Positions 48,969-57,017 of a DNA stretch of 64,000 nt are shown piece by piece. The position numbers and the translations under genes were made by a program. The stretch is taken from the sequence record NC_042013.1, one strand, 5' to 3'. The notes beneath the pieces were generated by a model that saw nothing but the letters and a program-made list of their open reading frames with translations, was not told the origin of the DNA and did not search any database. Every line of letters begins with the position of its first letter. The first letter of the stretch is position 1.

Positions 48969-49483
48969 TGTTCTTCCTCGTTTTGTTCTGTATCTTCGCC
49001 GCCGTCTTCTGCTGCGAATTGTGTATTTGTATCAATGTTTTCATCACGTGCGTCTGAAATATCTTCGATATCGATCATAGAGTCATACAATTCAAGATCG
49101 TCATCATCAAGCTCTTCAATAAACTGACGTGGAATTTTAATTGTAACAAGCCAAATTTCTTTTTCAACAAAAGCAGGACGACCATTTGCGGTGCTTGAAG
49201 GAGGAACAGTGTCGTCCTTCATTTTACGAAATGCTTTTGCGTATTTTACCTTTGCGCCGTGCTTTATAATTCTAACAGCGCCCTGTGGGTCTGGCATTTC
49301 ATCAATAGGAAACGCCAGAGTGATGGTAACCCAATATCGTTCGATATTAGGTCCATCAACTACTTCAGCATCAAACCAGTTGTCAAAAACGTAGACATCC
49401 AAATTATCAAGGAAGTCCTCAATTTGAATTAGAACTGAAATGAGCGTTGCATTTTTTTGTAATCTCGTTAAGAAATTTGACAT
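48965..49483 (-). CDS. Hypothetical protein
   Basis: L...EDFLD.LD.YV..NW...EVV.GP...RYWV...MPDP.G; start ATG 49483. Confidence 0.75.
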   Translation of the reverse strand: MSNFLTRLQKNATLISVLIQIEDFLDNLDVYVFDNWFDAEVVDGPNIERYWVTITLAFPIDEMPDPQGAVRIIKHGAKVKYAKAFRKMKDDTVPPSSTANGRPAFVEKEIWLVTIKIPRQFIEELDDDDLELYDSMIDIEDISDARDENIDTNTQFAAEDGGEDTEQNEEEQ

Positions 49484-49526
49484 CGCATAATATACCAAGT
49501 TTTTCCTTCTTAGGTATTTATGCGAT
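49482..49526 (-). promoter_or_regulatory. TAAATA late promoter in a hairpin covering the start codon
   Basis: ATCGCATAA / TTATGCGAT (9 bp) plus inner ATACC / GGTAT; TAAATA overlaps the 5' arm. Confidence 0.7.
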
Positions 49527-49531
49527 TTGTA

Positions 49532-50302
49532 TTAACTTAATTTGATATCCAAAAGTTGATAAAATAGATGCAATTTATTACCGGTCAAGCGATTAACTTC
49601 TCTGATATTGTCAACGTTTCCATCTTTAACGGCTTTGATAAGCATCGTATATTTTTTAGTAATATCATTTATATGTGACCCTTTGAATTTTTTCATTTGT
49701 TCAAAGTCACACGTCACTGATCCAGAGCTAAAAATTTCAAAATACCGGCTTGACAAGCAAAGGATAACAAAAAACACCTTGTCCTCAAAGGACATGTTAT
49801 CAATTTTATATGCGGCATTGTTATATGATTGTGCAGCACGATCACAAATGTTATTCCACTGTGGATCAATTTTGTCATACGGTGCTGGTTTTCCATTAGG
49901 AAACTTTTTCAAAAGCGTTTCTCGTGCTGCATTAATTTTTTCCTGACGCCTTTTAACTTCATTGTCAACGCGTTCATTAATAGCGGCGATTGATTGGATT
50001 GATTCATATCCACGCAATGAAACTGCTAAGATCAGTTCCTCAAACAAGCTAACAATAGTTTCGTCCTCGGTGTGCTTAGCCGCATCAAGAATCATCAATT
50101 CAAATGCAAATGGCATTAGGTCAAGACGTTCTGCCATACCCATACGTCCGATATTACTTGCACTTGGATAGTTGATTTGTGGTTTTGATTTAGCGGTATT
50201 AGTAAGCGTCTCAAACAGTTTGGATTCTGCCGCCGCCTCTCGTTCTTTTTCCATCAGTTCAATCATTTCACCACTAATAATAAAATTTTCATCCATAATC
50301 AT
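49532..50302 (-). CDS. Hypothetical helical protein
   Basis: ORF in operon. Confidence 0.65.
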   Translation of the reverse strand: MIMDENFIISGEMIELMEKEREAAAESKLFETLTNTAKSKPQINYPSASNIGRMGMAERLDLMPFAFELMILDAAKHTEDETIVSLFEELILAVSLRGYESIQSIAAINERVDNEVKRRQEKINAARETLLKKFPNGKPAPYDKIDPQWNNICDRAAQSYNNAAYKIDNMSFEDKVFFVILCLSSRYFEIFSSGSVTCDFEQMKKFKGSHINDITKKYTMLIKAVKDGNVDNIREVNRLTGNKLHLFYQLLDIKLS

Positions 50303-50970
50303 GATACAACTCCTGCCTTTTTCAAAAGATTAATAACGGTTTCATATGAAAATTTACGTTCTTTGATATATTCTATGTCAAATTCAACGATATTATATCC
50401 ATCCATGTTAACTTTTTTAATACATTCATTCATTCCACGAACAATTTTTTGTTCGAATGGTGTGAGATTGAAAATAGAAAATGGAAGAGAAACAATCTTA
50501 GTTTCGATATGTTCACACATAAGAGCGTACTGTTCTTTGACAGCCTCCGCTCTGTCATCAAGAGTTTTTGACGTCTCGAGACTCCGTTTATGATTGTTAA
50601 TACTATCATAGTATTGCTTCATTCTCATGTCATTTTGAAGTTTTACAGAATTATATTTTTTTGAAATTTGTTCACCGATTTCTGGAATCGTCAAAACTGC
50701 TCGCGTGATGAGACTTTCTATTTCGTTTGAAAGGAGAGAAAGTTTTTCATTATTTTTTGTGGACGTCAAAAATTGCAAAACCGTATCAACCAGAACAGGT
50801 TCGCATCCTATCATTTCGGATATTTCATTAGATGGGGGGAAAATAATACGAGGAGCAGATTCCAACTCAGGTCTTATTGGTTCAGAACTATAATAGCGAC
50901 TCGTTTGCCTAAGAGACGAAATTGATCGTCCCTCGTCAAAAATAGCCTGAGCATTTTCCTGCGTTATCAT
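50299..50970 (-). CDS. Hypothetical helical protein
   Basis: Start MITQEN at 50970 with AAGGAG RBS. Confidence 0.7.
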   Translation of the reverse strand: MITQENAQAIFDEGRSISSLRQTSRYYSSEPIRPELESAPRIIFPPSNEISEMIGCEPVLVDTVLQFLTSTKNNEKLSLLSNEIESLITRAVLTIPEIGEQISKKYNSVKLQNDMRMKQYYDSINNHKRSLETSKTLDDRAEAVKEQYALMCEHIETKIVSLPFSIFNLTPFEQKIVRGMNECIKKVNMDGYNIVEFDIEYIKERKFSYETVINLLKKAGVVS

Positions 50971-50977
50971 CAAAATA

Positions 50978-51026
50978 TCTCCTTTCATTGAGTTTTTACA
51001 CTACAATGAAAGGAGAGTATTGTCAA
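50978..51026 (-). promoter_or_regulatory. sigma70-like promoter whose spacer is a perfect 13-nt anti-RBS
   Basis: TTGACA-N17-TAGTGT; TCTCCTTTCATTG 50978-50990 / CAATGAAAGGAGA 51004-51016. Confidence 0.85.
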
Positions 51027-51791
51027 TCAAACATCTACATCTTTGTAGAGTTCAAGAATTTCTTTAATAACAGGATGGCGTTCAACATTTTTATAGCTGA
51101 ACTTAACCACATCGATCATACGGCTGTTTTCAAATCTCGTCAAGAAATCTGAAAGACCGTTGTCTTTGCCTCTATCGCCCTGTCTTTCGTCACCAGTAAT
51201 GATAAGTTTAGAGCCTTCACCAATACGAGTTAGTACTGATAGCATAGAACGTACTGTTGAGTTCTGTGCTTCGTCAAAAATCACCCACGCTTTCTTAAAT
51301 GTTCGACCACGGATATATGCAATTGGAACTAGTTCAATAATGCCTTCTTCAAGCATTTTTTCAATTTCCATTTTACTAAAGTATTCATTGAATACGTCAA
51401 GCACCGGTTGACACCAAGGGGCTAATTTAGCGATAATATCACCGGGAAGGAAACCAATGTCTTTATCATCAACTGCGATGTTTGGACGTGTTACGACAAT
51501 CTTTTCTATCTCACCTGCCTTTAATGCTTTGATTGCCATAGTTGTTGCTACGTGGGTTTTACCCGTACCTGCTGGACCAACAGCAAAAACGATATGTTTG
51601 CGCTTATCAGACAAACTTTCGATTAATGCCTCTTGTTCAACATTTTTTGGAAGAATGTTTACTTCTTTTGATCTTTTTTTGGTAGGGATGTCAAGTTCAA
51701 TCACGTTGTCTTTGCGTGAACGGTGATTGGAACGCGGGGCGCGTTCTTGACGAGAGGAACGATTATTACGGGTTGCTGCTCTTTTAGCCAA
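51027..51791 (-). CDS. phoH: PhoH-family ATPase
   Basis: GPAGTGKT, TRP, IGFLPG, YIRGRT, DEAQN, TRIGEGS, GD..Q.D, RH; probable TTG start 51791. Confidence 0.93.
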   Translation of the reverse strand: MAKRAATRNNRSSRQERAPRSNHRSRKDNVIELDIPTKKRSKEVNILPKNVEQEALIESLSDKRKHIVFAVGPAGTGKTHVATTMAIKALKAGEIEKIVVTRPNIAVDDKDIGFLPGDIIAKLAPWCQPVLDVFNEYFSKMEIEKMLEEGIIELVPIAYIRGRTFKKAWVIFDEAQNSTVRSMLSVLTRIGEGSKLIITGDERQGDRGKDNGLSDFLTRFENSRMIDVVKFSYKNVERHPVIKEILELYKDVDV

Positions 51792-51870
51792 AGTCATCTC
51801 CTGACAATTTAGGCTTCTCACATAAGTATTTATCTTTTAAAAAAGCAGATAATGTGACAGTTATATGAAA

Positions 51871-51888
51871 ATGGCCCTTGCGGGCCAT
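51871..51888. terminator. Intrinsic terminator
   Basis: ATGGCCC-TTGC-GGGCCAT flanked by A/T runs. Confidence 0.8.
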
Positions 51889-51893
51889 ATTTT

Positions 51894-52514
51894 TTAAGCT
51901 ATCCAACCGGGGTGCGTACACCCATCATTTGTGATACAATCGTAAATTTCTTTCCAAGACCAAACTCGCTTTGCGCCAGTTTCTTTGAAGTGACGATTGT
52001 ATGTTCGTGTAATCAAAAATGACATATGACCAAGGCGAGCACCGTCCTCCGCGTGTTTCGGATGATCCTCAATCCAATATGTAGGTCTATAACGGCTAAG
52101 ATATTTTTCTTTACTTGCTCCAACAGGAACAAGATGAACCGTATCAAACGTGTCTGGAAAATATTTTTCAAGATTTCCCCTACGCGCTTCTTTATGCCAT
52201 TCGTCGTCGTTACAAGCGGATATCGCAACGAATTTGTATCCCTCTCGTTTCAACCACGAAACGGTGTCAACAGCATCTTCCATAGGTTCCAAATAAGGAA
52301 ACCAATCTGGATCATTATTGAAATCACGAACAATTGGTCGGGTATCCTCATATGACATACCTAGCCAATCCTCAACGTTCATTGAATCGCGCAAGCCGAC
52401 TAGTGGAACAGCTACACCATATTTCAAATGATTAGCCCTGAACCACTTTTCAAATCCGTTTCCCCAATTAAGAAGAACACCGTCAACATCTGTTAAAATG
52501 AATTTATTCGTCAT
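51894..52514 (-). CDS. HAD-family nucleotidase (T4 gp30.2-like)
   Basis: TDVDGVLLNW, AISA, WIEDH; start ATG 52514. Confidence 0.8.
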   Translation of the reverse strand: MTNKFILTDVDGVLLNWGNGFEKWFRANHLKYGVAVPLVGLRDSMNVEDWLGMSYEDTRPIVRDFNNDPDWFPYLEPMEDAVDTVSWLKREGYKFVAISACNDDEWHKEARRGNLEKYFPDTFDTVHLVPVGASKEKYLSRYRPTYWIEDHPKHAEDGARLGHMSFLITRTYNRHFKETGAKRVWSWKEIYDCITNDGCTHPGWIA

Positions 52515-52818
52515 TATTACCACCTCCAAACATAGCTTTAGCTGCCGCCATATTTTCAGGTGACGCCTGCGCCCAAGCCGCAATAAATTTACCAATTTCT
52601 TCACGATAACGGCTTACGTAATCAATAAACGGGTTGTCGTTTTCTTCCTCAAAACGGTTCTTTATGACCTTTCCATTAAACAAATCAAAAATCAAGGACG
52701 CGCTTGTTAAAATATTTGCTTTTGGAAGAGTATCATACAATCTCATATTTTCAACGACCTTACCCTCGAGATTGGTATCTTTATGAATATGAGTAATTAC
52801 CATATAGATTGTTTTCAT
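52504..52818 (-). CDS. Hypothetical protein
   Basis: ORF in operon. Confidence 0.65.
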   Translation of the reverse strand: MKTIYMVITHIHKDTNLEGKVVENMRLYDTLPKANILTSASLIFDLFNGKVIKNRFEEENDNPFIDYVSRYREEIGKFIAAWAQASPENMAAAKAMFGGGNNDE

Positions 52819-52819
52819 A

Positions 52820-53767
52820 TTAAGTTTCCTTTACGCGCTGTAGATTGACTAAGCATGCAGCGAGATTAATTTCAGGATCAAAAATTGTAGTGTGAATGTT
52901 TGCAGCCTCGGCAATAGTAATCAGAGCCATATTATGATGCTCCTCGGTATCACCAAACAGTTCAAGATTTTTAGAGAAATAACGATAGACATCCTCATAC
53001 GTACCGTCGCCCATTTGTGCGCAAAGATATTTACGAGCCTCCGTATATTTTCCTGCCAGAAACATTTCGCAAAAAGTTACGATATAATCTAGACTTGCGT
53101 CGGTTCCGGCTTCCATCTTGTTAAGAGTGCCGTTGATAGTATTCTGCTCAAGAAGATTGATACATTTACGCATATCTGGAAATGTCTTTTCAACATAATC
53201 CAAAATATGCTCTGGTTCGAACGTTACGTCTTCGGAAACAAGAATGTCAAAAACACGCGTTACAAATCCCTCTTTATCCAGACCGTCAAGATGAAACCCT
53301 TGAACACGACTATGAAGAGCGGGGATGATTTTTGATGCGGTGTTAGCGGTAAGAATGAAACGCGCTGTATCTGAATGCAATTCCATTTCCGCACGCAACG
53401 CCTTTTGAGCGGCAGGAGTGAAACCGTCGACCTCGTCAAGAATTACAATTTTGAAATCGCCCATAGGCCAAGTAGAACAGAAATTAGAAATATTCTGACG
53501 AACCTCGTCAATACCGTTATTTCTGGATGCATTGATATAAAGCAAATCAGCTTTTTCAACTTTCATTTCATTACAAAGAATGAAAGCAAGTGTAGTCTTG
53601 CCAGTACCCTGTACACCACTCAATAAAAGATGTGGAATAGGAATGTTCTTTTTTTCAGGATTGGCAAGCCAACCAAGAACGGTTTCTTTCATACGTTCGT
53701 CTTTAAAGACATATCCTTCGATACCAGAAGGACGATATTTTTCTACCCAAAGTTCTTTAATAGCCAT
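52820..53767 (-). CDS. Clamp loader AAA+ subunit (gp44/RFC-like)
   Basis: LWVEKYRP, GVQGTGKT, INAS, ILDEVD, LHSR, PDMR. Confidence 0.92.
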   Translation of the reverse strand: MAIKELWVEKYRPSGIEGYVFKDERMKETVLGWLANPEKKNIPIPHLLLSGVQGTGKTTLAFILCNEMKVEKADLLYINASRNNGIDEVRQNISNFCSTWPMGDFKIVILDEVDGFTPAAQKALRAEMELHSDTARFILTANTASKIIPALHSRVQGFHLDGLDKEGFVTRVFDILVSEDVTFEPEHILDYVEKTFPDMRKCINLLEQNTINGTLNKMEAGTDASLDYIVTFCEMFLAGKYTEARKYLCAQMGDGTYEDVYRYFSKNLELFGDTEEHHNMALITIAEAANIHTTIFDPEINLAACLVNLQRVKET

Positions 53768-53769
53768 TT

Positions 53770-53821
53770 GTTATAGTCCGTTATTTTGTTTATTTCTAAC
53801 TGTAACAAACCGGCCTATAAC
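53770..53821 (-). promoter_or_regulatory. Long imperfect hairpin over the clamp-loader RBS
   Basis: GTTATAG / CTATAAC, CCG / CGG and TTTGTT / AACAAA stems; TAAATA lies upstream (53829-53838). Confidence 0.5.
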
Positions 53822-53835
53822 GTTTCAATATTTAT

Positions 53836-54018
53836 TTAATGAAATCTCAATATAAACGCAGAAGCATCTTCACCACGTTTGAAGCTTACATTTGATGGAG
53901 ACCAAACGTAATGAACAATTTCCATGTCCGCGCACCATTCATCGATTTCTTCTTTAGTCACACCCTCAGGGATTTCGATATTATGTAGGCCAACAGTTAA
54001 TAGATTTTTTACGACCAT
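53836..54018 (-). CDS. Minimal paralogue-family protein (60 aa)
   Basis: EEIDEWC...VSFKRGEDASAFILRF; AGGAG RBS. Confidence 0.7.
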   Translation of the reverse strand: MVVKNLLTVGLHNIEIPEGVTKEEIDEWCADMEIVHYVWSPSNVSFKRGEDASAFILRFH

Positions 54019-54025
54019 GAAAAAA

Positions 54026-54079
54026 GGCTCCTGATTTATAACAAAAAGTTATAATATCAAGAGCCAAATAAAATGTCAA
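54026..54079 (-). promoter_or_regulatory. sigma70-like promoter inside a 17-bp RBS-occluding hairpin
   Basis: TTGACA-N17-TATTAT; GGCTCTTGAT / ATCAGGAGCC plus TTATAAC / GTTATAA. Confidence 0.85.
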
Positions 54080-54083
54080 ATAG

Positions 54084-54419
54084 TTATTGTACTTCTAATG
54101 GTTTGGTTTCGGATACAAGAAGAATTGCGTCATTGTCAATTCTCTGTACATAATAGTCGCCGGATTCAATTGACACGTTAAATCCCATTGTCCAACGACC
54201 GTGTTCAACAAGAAGCCATTCACCCGGTTTAACATAGTCGATCTTTGATCCAACCTTATAAACCTTGCACCAACGTGGTTTGATGCCTTCTTGCGTACCA
54301 TTGTCATCACGGAGAATAATCCCCCCTCTGGTCAACTTTTCACCCTGTTCCATTTCATATACTAAGATATGATCGGAAACCGGTTTAACATCGCGTCCTT
54401 TAGTGTCTCTAAACTGCAT
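54084..54419 (-). CDS. groES: GroES-like co-chaperonin
   Basis: KPVSDHILV...TRGGIIL...VYKVG...VKPGE. Confidence 0.88.
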   Translation of the reverse strand: MQFRDTKGRDVKPVSDHILVYEMEQGEKLTRGGIILRDDNGTQEGIKPRWCKVYKVGSKIDYVKPGEWLLVEHGRWTMGFNVSIESGDYYVQRIDNDAILLVSETKPLEVQ

Positions 54420-54426
54420 TTATTTC

Positions 54427-54837
54427 TCACTCTTCATCATCATCAACAAGGGTTCGTGGCTTTACCGGAGTTCTAATCGGAGAAGGTTTCTTCACGATTG
54501 CTGCTGGTTGTTCGGCACTTGTTGCCTTTTCAGCTTGTGCTGCCTTCTTCGCTTCCGCAGCAAGACGAATAGCTTCAGCAGGTGTCACAAACACATCTGG
54601 CTGAATTGTTTCTGGCTTGTGCACGTCACCTTCGATTTCGGTATTGTAATTCGTTTCAAGTTCTTCACGGGTGTACTTTACCTTACCATTACGGTCTAGT
54701 GCGTCACCACGTGCATTCATACGAATGGTTGAACTTCTACCCGTAACAGCTACGGTCTCTTGATTATTTGAAAGGATTGCTTCAACGTCGACGGGAACGC
54801 CTCTCATTGAAACATATTTACCAACTGTCATTATCAT
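54427..54837 (-). CDS. Hypothetical protein
   Basis: SMRGVPVD...MNARGD.LD..G. Confidence 0.75.
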   Translation of the reverse strand: MIMTVGKYVSMRGVPVDVEAILSNNQETVAVTGRSSTIRMNARGDALDRNGKVKYTREELETNYNTEIEGDVHKPETIQPDVFVTPAEAIRLAAEAKKAAQAEKATSAEQPAAIVKKPSPIRTPVKPRTLVDDDEE

Positions 54838-54846
54838 TCTCCTAAT

Positions 54847-55380
54847 TTATTCAAGGAATTCCGAAAAGTCTAGATCATATTTTATACTATTTACTTTATG
54901 AACGCCTATGATATACAAAATATAACTACTTACACAACTCCCACGACCAACGCCTTTGACAACGTTATGCTCTCTAAAAGTATCCGTAAGGAACAAAAGA
55001 GCTTTGAGAACCATTTCAAGGTCATATTCTTTGTATTTCTCATATTCGAAATCTACACGACTTCTTTCTTCTTCGGTATTTACTCTGGTTATTATATACG
55101 AGTATATATCCATATTTCTATATTTTTCAGGAATATTCCAAATATTTTGACGTTCTTTGTCATATTCCTCTACCGAAATACTTGGTTTGTTATATGGATG
55201 TAATACTTTATGAGCCTCGTCGGTTGTTCTCACGCTTGTATTATAAACGTCAAGTGCATCTGACTGTATTACTTTAAAGTCGCTGATATCACCGCCTTGA
55301 ATAAGAACGTCATATAGTTGTTCAACTGTTGAATATACTATACCATAATCGTCAACTGTTCTATTTTTAAGTTCTATCAT
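54847..55380 (-). CDS. Truncated DNA polymerase III alpha (DnaE) palm-like protein
   Basis: GVGRGSCVSSYILYIIG...IKYDLDFSEFL; stops before the PDxD catalytic motif. Confidence 0.8.
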   Translation of the reverse strand: MIELKNRTVDDYGIVYSTVEQLYDVLIQGGDISDFKVIQSDALDVYNTSVRTTDEAHKVLHPYNKPSISVEEYDKERQNIWNIPEKYRNMDIYSYIITRVNTEEERSRVDFEYEKYKEYDLEMVLKALLFLTDTFREHNVVKGVGRGSCVSSYILYIIGVHKVNSIKYDLDFSEFLE

Positions 55381-56021
55381 TTTCCACCGTCAAATACCGT
55401 TGGTACAAAACCTGTTCTTTTTTCAACCAATTCTTCAGGGACGTATGATGGCTCAACATTGATATAATCAGACTCGGTTGGAACTAAGTCAACGGTTGAA
55501 TAATCCGTTCTATCAAACCAAGGTTTTTTGTGAAACGAAGTTGGCCCAATCCATTCAAGCATTGATACCGGTTCAAGATCATTCTTGGTAGGATTTTTTT
55601 GAATACCAAATTCGTCGCCACCACCTGACTGAACTACAGAAATCGTGTCGTAAATAACTCTACCTTCACCAAGAGCATGGAGCTTTCTAAAAATAGTTGA
55701 GGCAATTGCAGCATCCGAGAGATTGCTAGGTATCAATACAACATTATTATCTACAATAGATTTATAATTTTTAAGGAAAATTTCTTTTGCAATTGCATTT
55801 TCTGAATCGATAAAAACGGATCGATTTAGATATTTTAAAATGAACCTATTTTTTCGATGGAGTAATTCGTTCACTTCATCCGTACTAAAATAGTCATCGG
55901 CAGAAAATCCGAATAAACCAGAAATAGTCATCTTTGATGGTATCAAAGTTTTGTGCATGTAGAGAGTTGCATTAATTGTATGGGAAAAAGAGTTTTTTGC
56001 GTTTTGAGCAATATTGAACAT
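55377..56021 (-). CDS. Hypothetical protein
   Basis: ORF; WFDR.D.ST.D. Confidence 0.7.
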   Translation of the reverse strand: MFNIAQNAKNSFSHTINATLYMHKTLIPSKMTISGLFGFSADDYFSTDEVNELLHRKNRFILKYLNRSVFIDSENAIAKEIFLKNYKSIVDNNVVLIPSNLSDAAIASTIFRKLHALGEGRVIYDTISVVQSGGGDEFGIQKNPTKNDLEPVSMLEWIGPTSFHKKPWFDRTDYSTVDLVPTESDYINVEPSYVPEELVEKRTGFVPTVFDGGK

Positions 56022-56180
56022 ATTCCAACCAACCGTTTAATTGTCTATATGACGAATATACGGTATCGTTTAGGTATCAGCAATATAAATTTCAAATTCT
56101 GGCCAGAATTTTCTACCTAGACCTTATGTGAGAAGCAATGTTAAGGTTTTGGTATCTTTCAAATATATTTATCAGTTTAA

Positions 56181-56525
56181 TTATGCTGATGGCTTATTTT
56201 TAAAAGTTTTTTGAAAAATTTTAGGTGTCCCTGCTTTGTTTTCTGTTTTAGGCGTGTTTGAAAATTTTGACACTTTTTCAACCTTGACACCCCATCCTTT
56301 ATCGGCTGGAATAACGTCATCCATTTTTTCTGAAAATTCTTTAATCATAGCCTCGTTTGATCGAACCTCTATTTCAAGTTGGACCATATCACGTAGATTA
56401 TAGAGCGTATCAATTAGGTTCTGACTCGCATTAATATATCTAGTCGAGTAAATTTTTTTATTAATTTCCATAAGGCGTTCCATCAAGTCTTCTTCACTTA
56501 ATGTATCAAGATCATATATATTCAA
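56181..56525 (-). CDS. Hypothetical protein
   Basis: N-terminal coiled coil, basic tail. Confidence 0.65.
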   Translation of the reverse strand: MNIYDLDTLSEEDLMERLMEINKKIYSTRYINASQNLIDTLYNLRDMVQLEIEVRSNEAMIKEFSEKMDDVIPADKGWGVKVEKVSKFSNTPKTENKAGTPKIFQKTFKNKPSA

Positions 56526-56542
56526 TGGAACGCCCCTATTTT

Positions 56543-56950
56543 TTAAATGTCGCCTTCTTTACGAACTTCACTATTATTTACATCAAATTTACCACCGGGA
56601 TAACGTGATTCGAGCTTGCGCACATTTTCTTCAATAATAGCATATGGATCAACATTCAGTGCAGCCGCTGCCGTCACAAAATAAAATGCAATGTCGCCAA
56701 GTTCGCGAAAAAGATGAAACTTGTTATCTTCATTCCAAGGCTTTCCCTGAAACATAATTTTCTTAACAATTTCCATGAATTCACCGCCTTCTGCGGTAAT
56801 ACCAACTGCACCAGTCAATAGGCGTGCAATGTTACAATCTTGTGATTGAAGTTCACGAAGACGTTTAATGAACGTTTCAGTATCCATAGATGGTTCACTT
56901 GTAACCGCCGTCACAAAATCAGTGTAATTATTTAGAACTTTTTCTGACAT
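56543..56950 (-). CDS. MazG-like nucleotide pyrophosphohydrolase
   Basis: AEGGEFMEIVKK, ELGDI, NVRKLESRYP; start ATG 56950. Confidence 0.88.
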   Translation of the reverse strand: MSEKVLNNYTDFVTAVTSEPSMDTETFIKRLRELQSQDCNIARLLTGAVGITAEGGEFMEIVKKIMFQGKPWNEDNKFHLFRELGDIAFYFVTAAAALNVDPYAIIEENVRKLESRYPGGKFDVNNSEVRKEGDI

Positions 56951-57014
56951 ATTGATTTCTTTCATTAATTTGAATTAATGATTCAATATATCATTCGTTA
57001 CCATGCTGTTTCAA
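56949..57014 (-). promoter_or_regulatory. sigma70-like promoter with a nested hairpin reaching the AUG
   Basis: TTGAAA-N18-TATATT; ATATTGA / TCAATAT plus TCATTAAT / ATTAATGA. Confidence 0.55.
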
Positions 57015-57017
57015 TTT

